Shown here piece after piece: positions 11,766 through 23,379 of a stretch of DNA of 64,000 nt (position 1 is its first letter; each line of letters begins with the position of its first letter). Made by a program: the position numbers and the translations under genes. The DNA lies in assembly GCA_016748015.1 (NCBI GenBank), contig JAAOMT010000557.1, positions 248,001 through 312,000 on the forward strand, given 5' to 3'. Source of the stretch: Geosiphon pyriformis uo1 (lineage: Eukaryota > Fungi > Glomeromycota). The notes below the pieces were generated by a model. That model had not been told where the DNA came from and ran no database searches. It worked only from the letters and a program-made list of their open reading frames with translations.

Positions 11766-13151
11766 ATAGATCCAGAAAACTACAACAACATCAAAAACTA
11801 TTTGGAGACTCTCACCATGCCAGAAAATTGGTCCCCAAGTAAAAAACATTGATTACAACACCAATTTAAACAATATTTTATACACCACAACAAAATCTAT
11901 TACAAAAATTGTAAAAATCCAAACCAACTACTTAGATTAGTACAGGAAAATAAAAAAGAAACAATTTTATATAACATGCACACAGATCCATCTTCAGCAC
12001 ACTTGGGAAGAGATGGAACAATTCAAAGAACTCTTGAACATTATTTTTGGTCTCACATGCAAAAAAACATTTGACAATATGTAGAATCTTATGATAGTTG
12101 TCAAAGAAGAGGAGGAACTCGTCTCACAGAACCTTTAAATCCAATCAAAGTTGGACAACTGTTTGACAGAGTTGGAATTGATTTAATCAGACCATTACTT
12201 ATCACAACCCAAGAAAATCAGTATATTGCAGTAGCAGTAGATTATCTTACCAAATGGCCTAAAGCTAGAGCCATCCGAAGAGCAGATGCAAAATCAGTAG
12301 CAAATTTCATCTATGAAGACATTATTTGTAGACATGGATGTCTAATTGAACTTTTATCTGATCAAAGAACACATTTTGTGAACAACTTGATACAAAAAAT
12401 TTGTGAACAATTCAATGTCAAAAGACATCTATCATCACTTTATTACCCTCAAACAAATGGACTTGTAGAACAGTTCAACAAAACATTGTGTGAATTGTTG
12501 GCCAAAATCTCAACAGATTTTGAGCAGAAATGGGATATCTTTATTTTATCAGTGTTACTAGCATACAGAACACTAAAACAAGATACTACAAAACACACAC
12601 TATTTGACCTTACTTATGGAAGGACAGCAACATTACCAATTAATTTCACAGTAGAAACATATTCTGTGCAACCAATTAATGAAGAAAACTTTCAAGAAAC
12701 ATTCCAAAGAAGGGCCTACACTCTTTTTAGTACACTGGAAGGAAAAAGAAGAATAGCAGCAACTCATATTGAACATTCCCAAGCTCAACAAAAAGAAAGA
12801 CATGACAACAAATTACCACCCATAACCAACGAATTTAAAGTTAGAAATAAAGTTCTCTTACACAGAACTAAGGCTAAAAAACAATAGAGTAGAAAATTTG
12901 AACATAAATGGGATGGACTATTTTATATTTACGAAATTCTAGGCAATAGATTATACAAGTTAAAACTTGATGACAAAATACTAGCAAAAATTGCACATGG
13001 AAACAGATTAAAACACTATTATTCCAGAAACAATCCTGAACTATTAATTCCACAAATTGGTACACATTCCCCTTTAATTAATCCTAAAGATATTCCCCAA
13101 AATTTAGAACCAATAATTATAATAAAACAACAACCAAACTTGAACACTTAA
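11766..13151 (+). pseudogene. Gypsy-A integrase (separate ORF; HHCC-DDE-GPY/F, no chromodomain)
   Basis: MHTDPSSAHLG, VGIDL, LLSDQRTHF, QTNGLVE, KWDGLF. The putative start ATG reads ATA at 11766. Confidence 0.9.
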
Positions 13152-13295
13152 ATTTTACAATATTTTTTAATAAAAACACAAAGACAAAAAATAGTAAATA
13201 ATTACAAAAAACACCCAAACCCAAAAACAAATAAAAACCCCATATCCAAAAATAATTTTCTTTATTCTTTCTTTTTATAATTAGTCAATTTTATC

Positions 13296-13972
13296 ATGAT
13301 TATTCCCCGAAATATTCAACAAATATCCCAAAAGTTAATGTTAGCCTTGAAAACACTTCCTGACTTATTCATAACGATTAATGGAAGTCAAATTAATTAC
13401 ATTCAGAAAGAAACCACAGCCCCAGTAGTAAATTATTTACAGAACTATCACCTCTATAGAAGAAAAACAAGAAATCACTCTGAAAATAGGTTACCAAGAC
13501 TTTTGAAGCAAGCACTGGAAGAAAATCTTTTAATTGCCCTTATTGACATTCCACCAAATGCTACAATACAACAAAAACTTCTACTACTTCTCAATAAACG
13601 GAACAATGAACACACCCCTATCTATAAATACTTTCACATTGGAAAGACACTTTATGAACGAAAACTGAAACTTAAAACAACAAATCTCACTTCTGAAGCT
13701 ATACAAAAACAAATTTATAATGAATTCAAAACAGCAGCTGGACCAACAAACACTTGCTACAAACTTAGAGCAGCTTTTAGACTCTATGATTTGTTTAATA
13801 CTTGTGAAAATGTTTTACAAAATCTAATACTGCAACCAATGAAAGTCTAATATATTGGCAAACTCACAGAACTGAAATTTCAATAATTTTCAGACCAGAT
13901 TACTTCAATTATTTTGGATTACTATTTCAATATCACAGATAGTGCTTGGACTTTAATGGAGCTCAGTCTTGA
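13296..13972 (+). pseudogene. Gypsy-A ORF3, unknown function
   Basis: 184 open codons, then two TAA codons and a late frameshift. Ends at the PPT. Homologous to 19025-19759. Confidence 0.8.
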
Positions 13973-13980
13973 GGAGGAGA
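13971..13980 (+). promoter_or_regulatory. Polypurine tract of Gypsy-A
   Basis: GAGGAGGAGA ends 3 nt before the 3' LTR. Confidence 0.85.
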
Positions 13981-13983
13981 TTA

Positions 13984-14974
13984 TGTTACCAGTAGAATTT
14001 TAGCTATTAATTAGTATGAAATTACTCTTATAATTCCTATAATTAATTAGTATATTAATATTATTTCAAATTATCATTTATTATTTAATCAATTATCACA
14101 TATCACGATTCAATTAAATAATCCAATTAGTATAACAAAAAGTAGAATGATCAAATTACACAATACCCTGAACTTTGTAACATTCAAAAATTCGCCGAAA
14201 TTTACAGAAATTCGCCGAAATTTATAGAAATTCACCGAAATTATGAATAGTTCACCCAAATTAATCAATAGTTCAGCAAAATAACTTGTAGTCCATCAAA
14301 ATGTATCTTTAGTTTGCCGAAATTTGAACAAAGAGAAAAAGTGCAAGTTTATAGACTAGTACTACAACAAGTTGTATAAAAGAAGAGCTTTTCTCTTCAA
14401 GAAAATGTATCTTACTTTAGATTTATCACTTAGAACCATTCCTATACACACAAAAAGAAATAAATATCAAATAATTTGAAAAACCAAATTTTTTAATTAT
14501 TGCACTTGGAAAATTCCCAAAACCCAACTAATGTTTTGAAATTGATTAGCTACCAATTTCAGTAAACTATTAGTGACTCCAGGCCTGGATAGAAAACGTT
14601 TCCCTTGACAGAATTCAATTTCTTTTATATTTCTTTTATATTTCTTTTATTTTCTTATTACAATTATTAGGGTAGTCTACAGACGAGATTCTTATAGAAG
14701 AGTTGACTTTTACAGCAAAGTAACTACATATTTTTAGTGAGCTTTTAGACGAGCAATTTCTGAGAAAGAGTTGATATTTACTACAACATAACTACATAAA
14801 GTAACTGGCAAGGAATTGGCCATTCCACTTATAAGCCCAGCAAGTTCAAATTATAGAAGATAATTTGAAGATAAATTCAGTTATTAGAGGTTCAATTACT
14901 TCTAAAAAACGTGAATTTGCAACCAACAGACATTTACAACATTCAAGAAAAGAGACCAAAAACCTCCAGTAACA
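13984..14974 (+). repeat. Gypsy-A 3' LTR (991 bp)
   Basis: tgttaccag...ccagtaaca; matches the 5' LTR. Confidence 0.96.
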
Positions 14975-14978
14975 CTGA

Positions 14979-17562
14979 CTACTCTGTGGATGATTTCTTC
15001 ACAAATGACCCTGACACATTTTAGAACTGATATCAAGAATTAGCCCTGACCCAAAAAGAGCAAGAACAGTGGTTAGTTGATCTAAATACCAAACTATGCA
15101 ATTACTGCTTAATTCTTTGCCACTTTCAATATTGTGATCTCATATTCAACCCGCCTTTTAGAATCCTATATCCGATCACCAAATTACCTGAGCCTGAGAA
15201 AAAAGAGGAATTATTCACCAAGGACATGTTATTTTAAGAGCCAAATCAGACTACCAAAATAAAACAATATCTTCTGTATTCTAATCTCTTCAAAGAATTA
15301 AAATTAAAATTAAAATGGTACAGTAATAATGACAAAAGAATATGCCCAGAAAGAGCACATAAAACTGACACAGGTTTTGACTTAAGATACCCTGGACAAT
15401 CACCCATAGTTATAGTCTCATATTCTCTGGTAAAAATAGATCTCAAAATAGCACTAGAAATTTCTGTTAACATCATAGTACAAGTAGCATTTAGATTAAG
15501 CCTTGCAAAGAAAGAAATTGATGTAAAAAAAGAAATTATCAATGCCAGATATATGGGAAACATTATCGTAATGTTATAGAACAATTTAAACAAATCCTAT
15601 AAGATCGAATCTCACAAAAAGATTGTCCAAGCCATTTTCCTATCTTTAGTCAAAATACTCCAACTAGCCCCAGTTATCACCTGAGAAGAATTAGGCTTTA
15701 CTGCCTAAGGAATCAATGGGTTTGGCTCAAGTGAAAGAGGAAACGTAATGGTCAATTTTACAAAAGAAGATAGTGACCAGATAGAACTTATCTACACTGA
15801 CATCATCATTTTCATTTCTCTTTATTGGTAATACATTTTCAAAGTTAACTGGAAAATTCAGAACTAAGAATTAGTCTTCAAGGCCAATCCCAAAATCTGC
15901 TCACTAGCTGACATTGCTAATCTGTACTTACCAGTTAAAGCTCATAAACACTTCAAAATTCCCATCCACAATCTGATTGAAAATGTTATCAAAATCTTTG
16001 AGAGAACCTTAGTTGGTTCTATATCTTCAGATATTCAGAATCCAGAAAAACCCTAGCTCATTCCAGATTTTGCTTAATTGTTCTTGTTTTGTGATATTAC
16101 CTCACAAGTATGGAACCTGCCAAAGGAAAATTATTTGTTTATGCCAAAAGAAATCAATAAACTCAATCTGGAAAACCTGAGCACTTTACAGCAAATGCAA
16201 CTTAAGATTCTATTAAACCAATATACTGATGTCTTTGTCAGTGAAAATAAGTTCAAATGTACTGACATCATGAAACACCAAATTAATACTGGAAATGCTT
16301 GACCTATTAAGCAGCAAGCTTATTGAGTACTTCTATCTGATAATAATCTGATTAAGCAGAAAGTACAATGAATGCTTGACAACAGACTGATTAAAGAATT
16401 ATTAAGCTTTTGGTTCTCTCCAGTGGTCTTAGTCACAAAAAAGAATGGAAAGATACAATTCTGTGTAAATTACCAGAAATTAAATAGTATTATCTGAAAA
16501 GATAGCTATTCTACTCTTTTTATCTAAGAAATCCTAGACAACTTAAGAAAGAAAAAATGGTTTTTGTTATTAGATCTAACCAGTGGATATTGACAAGTCG
16601 AAATGGATCCAAAAGACAAAGAGAAAATGGCATTCACCACATAAAACAGAAATTTTGAATTCAACATAATGTCTTTCAGACTGTGCAATACTTCTGCTAC
16701 TTTCCAACATCTTATAAATGTTGTGTATAAAGGAATCTTATAGAAATCAGTTGTAGTATACTTGGATGACACCAATGTCTTCTCAGAAACATTTGACAAA
16801 TATTTGCTCCATCTGCAACAAGTCTTCAAACATCTTCAAGAAGCTGGATTAAAACTCAACCCTGATAAATGCTTCTTCAGGAAAACCAAACTGAAATTTT
16901 TAAGACACATGATTGGCAAGAATAAAGTAAAACCTGATCCAGACAAAATTCAAAAAGTCAAGGATTTTCTAGCCCCAATCAACCTACAAAAGCTATGAGG
17001 ATTTTTAGGATTGGCTGGATACTACTGCCAATTTGTCAAAGAATTTTCAACTATCACAAAACCCTTTTATCACTTGTTGTCCAAATATGTGCCATACTTG
17101 TGAAATAAAGAGCAACAAAAAATCTTCGACTATCTTAAATAGTGACTAATCACATCTCCAATACTGATCTATCTTAACTTCACCAAACAATTCATTGTCA
17201 CTACAGATGCATCAAAAAATACATTAGGAGCTGTATTATCATAAATAGAACCAGACAGAAGAGAATATTTAATTGCCTATGTCAATTACAGTACCAGTCC
17301 AGTAGAAAAAATATAAAGTGCAATCAATTTGGAATGTCTCACCATTTATTGGGCCATACAAACATGGAAATATTACCTTAGGCAACCATTTGACTTATAT
17401 ACCAATCATAAAGAACTTATTTGGTTACTTAATAATTTACAGCTGGAAAGAAAATATGCAAAATAGAATACTTATCTACAACAATTCCCACTCAAAGTTC
17501 ATTACAAAAAAAGATTCAAGAACACCAATGCCGACAGTTTGTTGAAGATACCACAAACCTAA
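14979..17562 (+). pseudogene. Gypsy-B pol remnant (Cys-rich tail, dUTPase, RT, RNase H)
   Basis: Collinear with Gypsy-A pol; many nonsense codons; ends NADSLLKIPQT*. Confidence 0.88.
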
Positions 17563-17572
17563 TCTCAGATCC

Positions 17573-18940
17573 ATAAACACACTTACTTATTAGTGATTAT
17601 ATTAGTACCTATCAACACTACGTTTTAAGAAGATATTATCTTAACAAAAACAAAATACCATATGGAAACAAGCACGAAATTACTTTATTCAAAATAACCA
17701 ACTCTATCATTGAGAATGATGAAACCACACCACTCCACAACAATTGATTAAGAACAGTGAAAAAGAAGCTATATTATATAGTATGTATTCTGATCCAATT
17801 GCAGAATACTTTAACAAAAATATGACTCTGGAAAAAACAACAAATCTATACTATTGGCCTACAATATATAAGGATATCTTCAAATATGTTCTCAATTGTG
17901 ACTCATGTCAGTAAAGAGGAAGAGCCAGGATAATGGAATCACTTTGATCCATTTCAGTTGGAAATTTATTTGATAGAATTAGGATTAATTTGGTTGGTTC
18001 CCTTTCGATTATATCTAAAGGAAATTGTTATATTACTGTAGTCATAGACTACCTTACAAAATGGCCAGAAGTCAGAGCAATCCAAGTAGTTGATGCCAAA
18101 ACAGTAGCCAAATTTGTATACCAAGATTTAATATGCAGACATAGATGCCCGAAAAAACTGTTATCAAACCAAAGAACACATTTTGTCAATACTATATTAA
18201 CTGAATTGAGTCAACATTTTGGTATAAAATGACCATTATCGTTATCATATCACCCACAAACAAATAAACTGGTAGAATGGTTTAACAGGACATTATATGA
18301 AGCATTAGCAAAAATAAGTTACAAAAACAAACAAGAATAGAACTTATTCATATCTTCTGTACTTTTTGCATATCAAACATTAAAGCAAAATATAACACAA
18401 TTTACATCATTCAAATTAGTCTATAGAAGAAAAGCAATGTTACCTATTGAATAAGAAATAGCATCCTACTTAACAAAAACTATCAACAAAAAAAATTTTA
18501 AAGATATCTTACGCCAAAAAACATACCAGTTAATAAAAACATTAGAAAACAATCATAGAATAGTGGCTGACAATATTAGTAATACTTGAAAATGACAAAA
18601 AGAAAAACATGATGATCACCTACTTGAACAACCAATGAAATTTAAGATTGAAGACCAAGTACTATTACATTGTACAAAAGCAAAAAAACAATGGAGTGAA
18701 AAGTTTGACCCAAAGTGGAATGGCCCATTCCACATACACAAAGCATTAGGAAATAAAGCTTACAAATTACAATTGAAAGACAGAATTTTAAAGAAAGTAG
18801 CTCATGAGAATTAATTAAAAATTTATTATGTAAAACAACAGTTATTATTATCAGTACATCAATTAGGAACACAAATTCCATTAATCAGACCAGAAAATAT
18901 ATTACAAAATCTGGAATTAATTATTGTCATTGAAACATAG
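17573..18940 (+). pseudogene. Gypsy-B integrase (separate ORF)
   Basis: CDSC, DYLTKWPE, YHPQTN, PKWNGPF. Lies in the +1 frame relative to RH; putative start ATG reads ATA at 17573. Confidence 0.87.
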
Positions 18941-19024
18941 ACAACATGTAGCAAATTAAATTGGGAAAGTCAAGTATATATACCATCCAGAAAACAATGA
19001 GAAAATGATAGAACTTTTTTTAAC

Positions 19025-19759
19025 ATGGACCTTTCAGATCAAATTCTACAACTTTTGAAACAACTGTTTGATGCAATTCAACAATTTTTTGCTCAAATAG
19101 AAATCACAATTGATAAAAAAAAGATATGATACAGGGATAGAAGCAAGAAAGGGGTGGACAAAAGTTCAACTAGAACTAAGCTGTCCCATCCTTACAAGCA
19201 AACTTCTCCCTATAAAAGAAAAAGAAAAAGAGATACAGCGGGGATAGGACCCAACACAGTTAAGGAGAAGGGGAAGATGACAGAAATGAAACTGTGTTAG
19301 GTGAAAATTGAGGAAATAAGGGAGGATCTGAACAAGCAAACACCAAAGCTGGTAACAAAAGAATAGACACCTGAAAATGTGAAGAAATAAAAAAAGAAAC
19401 TTCTATTTGTCTATTGGCTATTTAAAATTGGATTACAATTAGGATTAGATAATCCATATAAAGACTTCAACCATCAAACAATCAACAAAAAAGTCTGCAG
19501 ACAAGTAAAAAAATTTATGGAAAGAAACAATTTAAACCTATATTACAAAACAACATACTGACTATATTCAGCATTTAAACACTGTCCAATGGTACTACTA
19601 GACAAAACTCTAAAAACTATCACAGTTAACAACATAGGATGGATAACAAACACCCAATTTGAAGTTATACAAAAAGCAATACTGAGGACAACATTTGAGT
19701 TCTTTATAGAAAACACAAACTTGGCTAAAATAGATGATTTTGCAGAAGCTCAATTTTAA
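19025..19759 (+). pseudogene. Gypsy-B ORF3, unknown function
   Basis: 245 codons in a single frame from ATG 19025 to TAA 19757-19759, with about 5 internal stops. Homologous to Gypsy-A ORF3. Confidence 0.75.
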
Positions 19760-20261
19760 AAAAGAGAAATAATGTTACCTGAATAGAAAAACCAAAAAGC
19801 TGTGGAAAAATGTGACAAAAAAATGTGACAAGAAAAATGTGGTACAACTCGAGATAACATAGGACAAACACAAGCAATAGCTAGCAATAACAAGCAATAG
19901 TTAGCAATAGTAAAGCAATTGAAAACAATCCTGTAAAACCAAAAGAATATATAAAAACAAATAATTGTAGAAGTTGAAAAGACAAGTTATTTAAAAATCA
20001 ATTTTACTTTGTATTCTACTTATCAGATATCCATAATCCAAAATACAATAATTATCAAAAAAAAAACACAAAATCCAATTTACAAATTCATGTTCTCCAA
20101 TCTTATGGATTTTAATTGGAATTAAAATCAGTATTTTCTATCTTTGTTCTGAGACAGATGTCATTAGCATAAATGCCTCGAACCTTTAATGATTTAGACC
20201 AATTGTTCTTGATCATGGCAATTAACAGAAACTAATTTTTTTCTTTTTTTTTCTTTTTCTT

Positions 20262-20300
<39 letters not shown>

Positions 20301-21165
20301 GTGCANNNNNNNNNNNNNNNNNNNNCTTCAACCATCAAACAATCAACAAAAAAGTCTGCAGACAAGTAAAAAAATTTATGGAAAGAAACAATTTAAACCT
20401 ATATTACAAAACAACATACTGACTATATTCAGCATTTAAACACTGTCCAATGGTACTACTAGACAAAACTCTAAAAACTATCACAGTTAACAACATAGGA
20501 TGGATAACAAACACCCAATTTGAAGTTATACAAAAAGCAATACTGAGGACAACATTTGAGTTCTTTATAGAAAACACAAACTTGGCTAAAATAGATGATT
20601 TTGCAGAAGCTCAATTTTAAAAAAGAGAAATAATGTTACCTGAATAGAAAAACCAAAAAGCTGTGGAAAAATGTGACAAAAAAATGTGACAAGAAAAATG
20701 TGGTACAACTCGAGATAACATAGGACAAACACAAGCAATAGCTAGCAATAACAAGCAATAGTTAGCAATAGTAAAGCAATTGAAAACAATCCTGTAAAAC
20801 CAAAAGAATATATAAAAACAAATAATTGTAGAAGTTGAAAAGACAAGTTATTTAAAAATCAATTTTACTTTGTATTCTACTTATCAGATATCCATAATCC
20901 AAAATACAATAATTATCAAAAAAAAAACACAAAATCCAATTTACAAATTCATGTTCTCCAATCTTATGGATTTTAATTGGAATTAAAATCAGTATTTTCT
21001 ATCTTTGTTCTGAGACAGATGTCATTAGCATAAATGCCTCGAACCTTTAATGATTTAGACCAATTGTTCTTGATCATGGCAATTAACAGAAACTAATTTT
21101 TTTCTTTTTTTTTCTTTTTCTTTATTTTTTTTTTTTCTTTTTTTTTTCTTTTTTTCTTTTGGAGC
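19465..21165. other. Assembly gap (N 20306-20325) with duplicated contig overlap
   Basis: 19465-20300 is repeated, apparently identically, at 20326-21165 except in the poly-T tract. Confidence 0.9.
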
Positions 21166-21533
21166 AGCAACATAAGAAAATTGGCTGTTTTAAAATAGAC
21201 TTCATAATAGCTTGGTAAAAAAAGAAAGCTCCCCCTAAGTTTTGGATATTAATATTATCTTGGTAGTTTATCAAAAGGGCGAAAAGACAATACTGGACCC
21301 TAATAACTATGCTTATTAGCGAAAAGAAGAAAACTCACATTTACAGAAAATATTGTAATTGACAAAAAACAAACTCTGTGTCTTATAACCAAAAAACTCA
21401 ATGAGTAAATTCACATCCAAAAAAGACTTTTAGAGACTGATAAACATCAACCCTATGAAAAACATACAACCATAGAATACTAAATTAGAGCACTAAATAT
21501 TACTACCATACTCCACCAAGTTTACCCATAATA
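20634..21533 (+). repeat. Gypsy-B 3' LTR (partial duplicate at 19773-20305)
   Basis: Starts TGTTACC after a purine tract. Contains (AGCAATAG)-like tandem repeats, a TATA-like sequence and a pyrimidine tract. The end is inferred from cataata (~TAACA) and the start of hAT homology. Confidence 0.7.
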
Positions 21534-23378
21534 TTATGTAAAATAGCATATTAATATAAGTGCTAATAAAGGTGTTTAATGCTTATAAATTTACAGTTAA
21601 AATTTTTGTATTTAAAATATATGAAATCAAAAATAAATAACTTGCTAATTTAAAAAATAATCTATTTTTAATCATGTTATAAGTAGAATTCCACTGGATG
21701 GGACAATCCAGAATGAGTTTATAGTATTTAATTTGACATATATTACAGATGTATTTAAGATGTTCAAAACATTAGAACAAGATATAATTTTTAATTTATA
21801 CAAAATTTATATAAAGAAAATTTTAAGTAAATATATTTGGTTTGGGTTTTTAACAAATATTTTGAAAACATTATTTTTTATTTTATCTAATACTGCCTGT
21901 ATTACCAAATTTAGAATATGATCAAAGCATTAAAATTGAAGATTCTTCAAGTTTTATTGAATGTTTTTTTTTTCTAATTTTTTTATATAAGCATTATAAT
22001 AACTTTAAGTCTTAGATAATACAAATACTAAAAATTTAACTCTAAAACAAAAATAAAAACCAATTTAAGCCAATATTAAAAAAACACTATTTTTGATAAT
22101 ATAAACACTATAATAACTTTAAGTCTTAAATGATACTAATATATTATATAATATGCTAATTTTATTATTGGCTATTGACTAATACAAATTTATATAAGAA
22201 TATATATATGTATCTTTAATATAATTTTTTAATTTTCTAATACTTTAAAAAATTTATTGACAATATTTATTTTATTATATTGTTCACTCATTAATCTAAA
22301 ATTAATTATTATTTGTTGAAAGTTCTAATTATTATTAATATAATAAGCAGTAACAAAGACAAAAGATTTTATTATTAGGAAATATTCAAAAATTTAATGT
22401 AAAAAAAATTTTGGACTTAATAATATCTAAATATGTCTATTATATTATAAATATAGGTGAAAAAAAAATAATATTTCATAATAAAAGTAGTGTTTACTTT
22501 TAATTTTTGTCTACTTAAGACATAAAATTCTATGACTTTATTTTTAATTATATTACCACAAACAAATAAGAAATAAAGTTTAAATATTGAAATAATTTAA
22601 TTAATTTAGGGTTTTTCATTATAAAAAGTAGTTATTAATAATTAATAAACCAAATAGTAATCATATTACAAAGTTTTTTATTATTAATTTTAATAACAGT
22701 TATTATAGAAGACTAAAGCAGTTTTTTAGTTAGATTAGTTAAAAATCATAAAAAAAATAACAAATTTATTTATCAAAACATTTTTTCAATTAATTTGCAA
22801 TTTTTTTGGACATTTTGTCTTTTCTTATGATATTTTTCTATTATAATATATATTGTTTAGCAAAAAGCTTTTAAATAGTATTATAAAGATTTAGTAATGT
22901 CTGTAGTTTTACAAGAAAATGGTTTATACACACATTTTGAGACTGTATATTTAACTGTTTTTTTTATTTTGTCTACTCAAACTTATTAAAATAGTTTTAT
23001 ATTTTATTTTGAAAATTATATTTACTAAATATATTAATATTTAGACTATTTAGGTTATTAAATTTTATTATTTTGGATTTTGAATCTTAAGTAACATTGA
23101 ATAATTCTGACAATAAATTTATTTTGGTAAATTGAAGAATAGAATTGTTATATATATATAGTTTTATATATTTTTTTAACTGATTATAGTAATTAAACAA
23201 AATAATGATTAATAAACAAATAGTACAAATTATATTTTTTTTAATTTCATTGAACTTAAACAAGTTTGTAAACCTTGAACCAGACTTGAATTGAACTTAA
23301 ACTTGTCAAAAAGATTTAATGCCAAACTTGAATTGAATCTACTTTAAAAAATTAGTTTGGTTCAATTGAAATTCTAAA
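21534..23378 (-). mobile_element. Highly degenerate hAT-family DNA transposon (5' part)
   Basis: Minus strand 21720-21670 reads KLILDCPIQWNSTYNMI, the hAT DxxTRWNSTxxM motif. Clustered ttgaac/gttcaa subterminal-type repeats and a TAGAATTTCAA terminus-like sequence lie at 23245-23378. Confidence 0.7.
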
Positions 23379-23379
23379 T

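Larger units (their letters stand above)
5138..14974 (+). mobile_element. Full-length, inactivated Ty3/Gypsy LTR retrotransposon (Gypsy-A) with dUTPase, separate integrase ORF and ORF3
   Basis: Paired TGTTA...TAACA LTRs, PBS, PPT, domain order PR-RT-RH-IN, and a degenerate 4-bp TSD (ccaa 5134-5137 / ctga 14975-14978). Confidence 0.96.
14975..21533 (+). mobile_element. Gypsy-B, 3' part (dUTPase-RT-RH, integrase, ORF3, 3' LTR); older related family, 5' LTR and gag lost
   Basis: DTGFDL...GFGSS (15365-15732), YLDD (~16758), TDAS, NADSL, then integrase motifs, a purine tract and TGTTACC at 19773/20634. The right end (~21533) is approximate. Confidence 0.9.

Noticed and set aside
13296-13972. env gene
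   Set aside because: Too short; no signal peptide or TM anchor.
19250-19300. Hammerhead-like core (GATGA...GAAAC with a closing stem)
   Set aside because: CUGAUGA reads AAGAUGA, and stems I and II cannot form.
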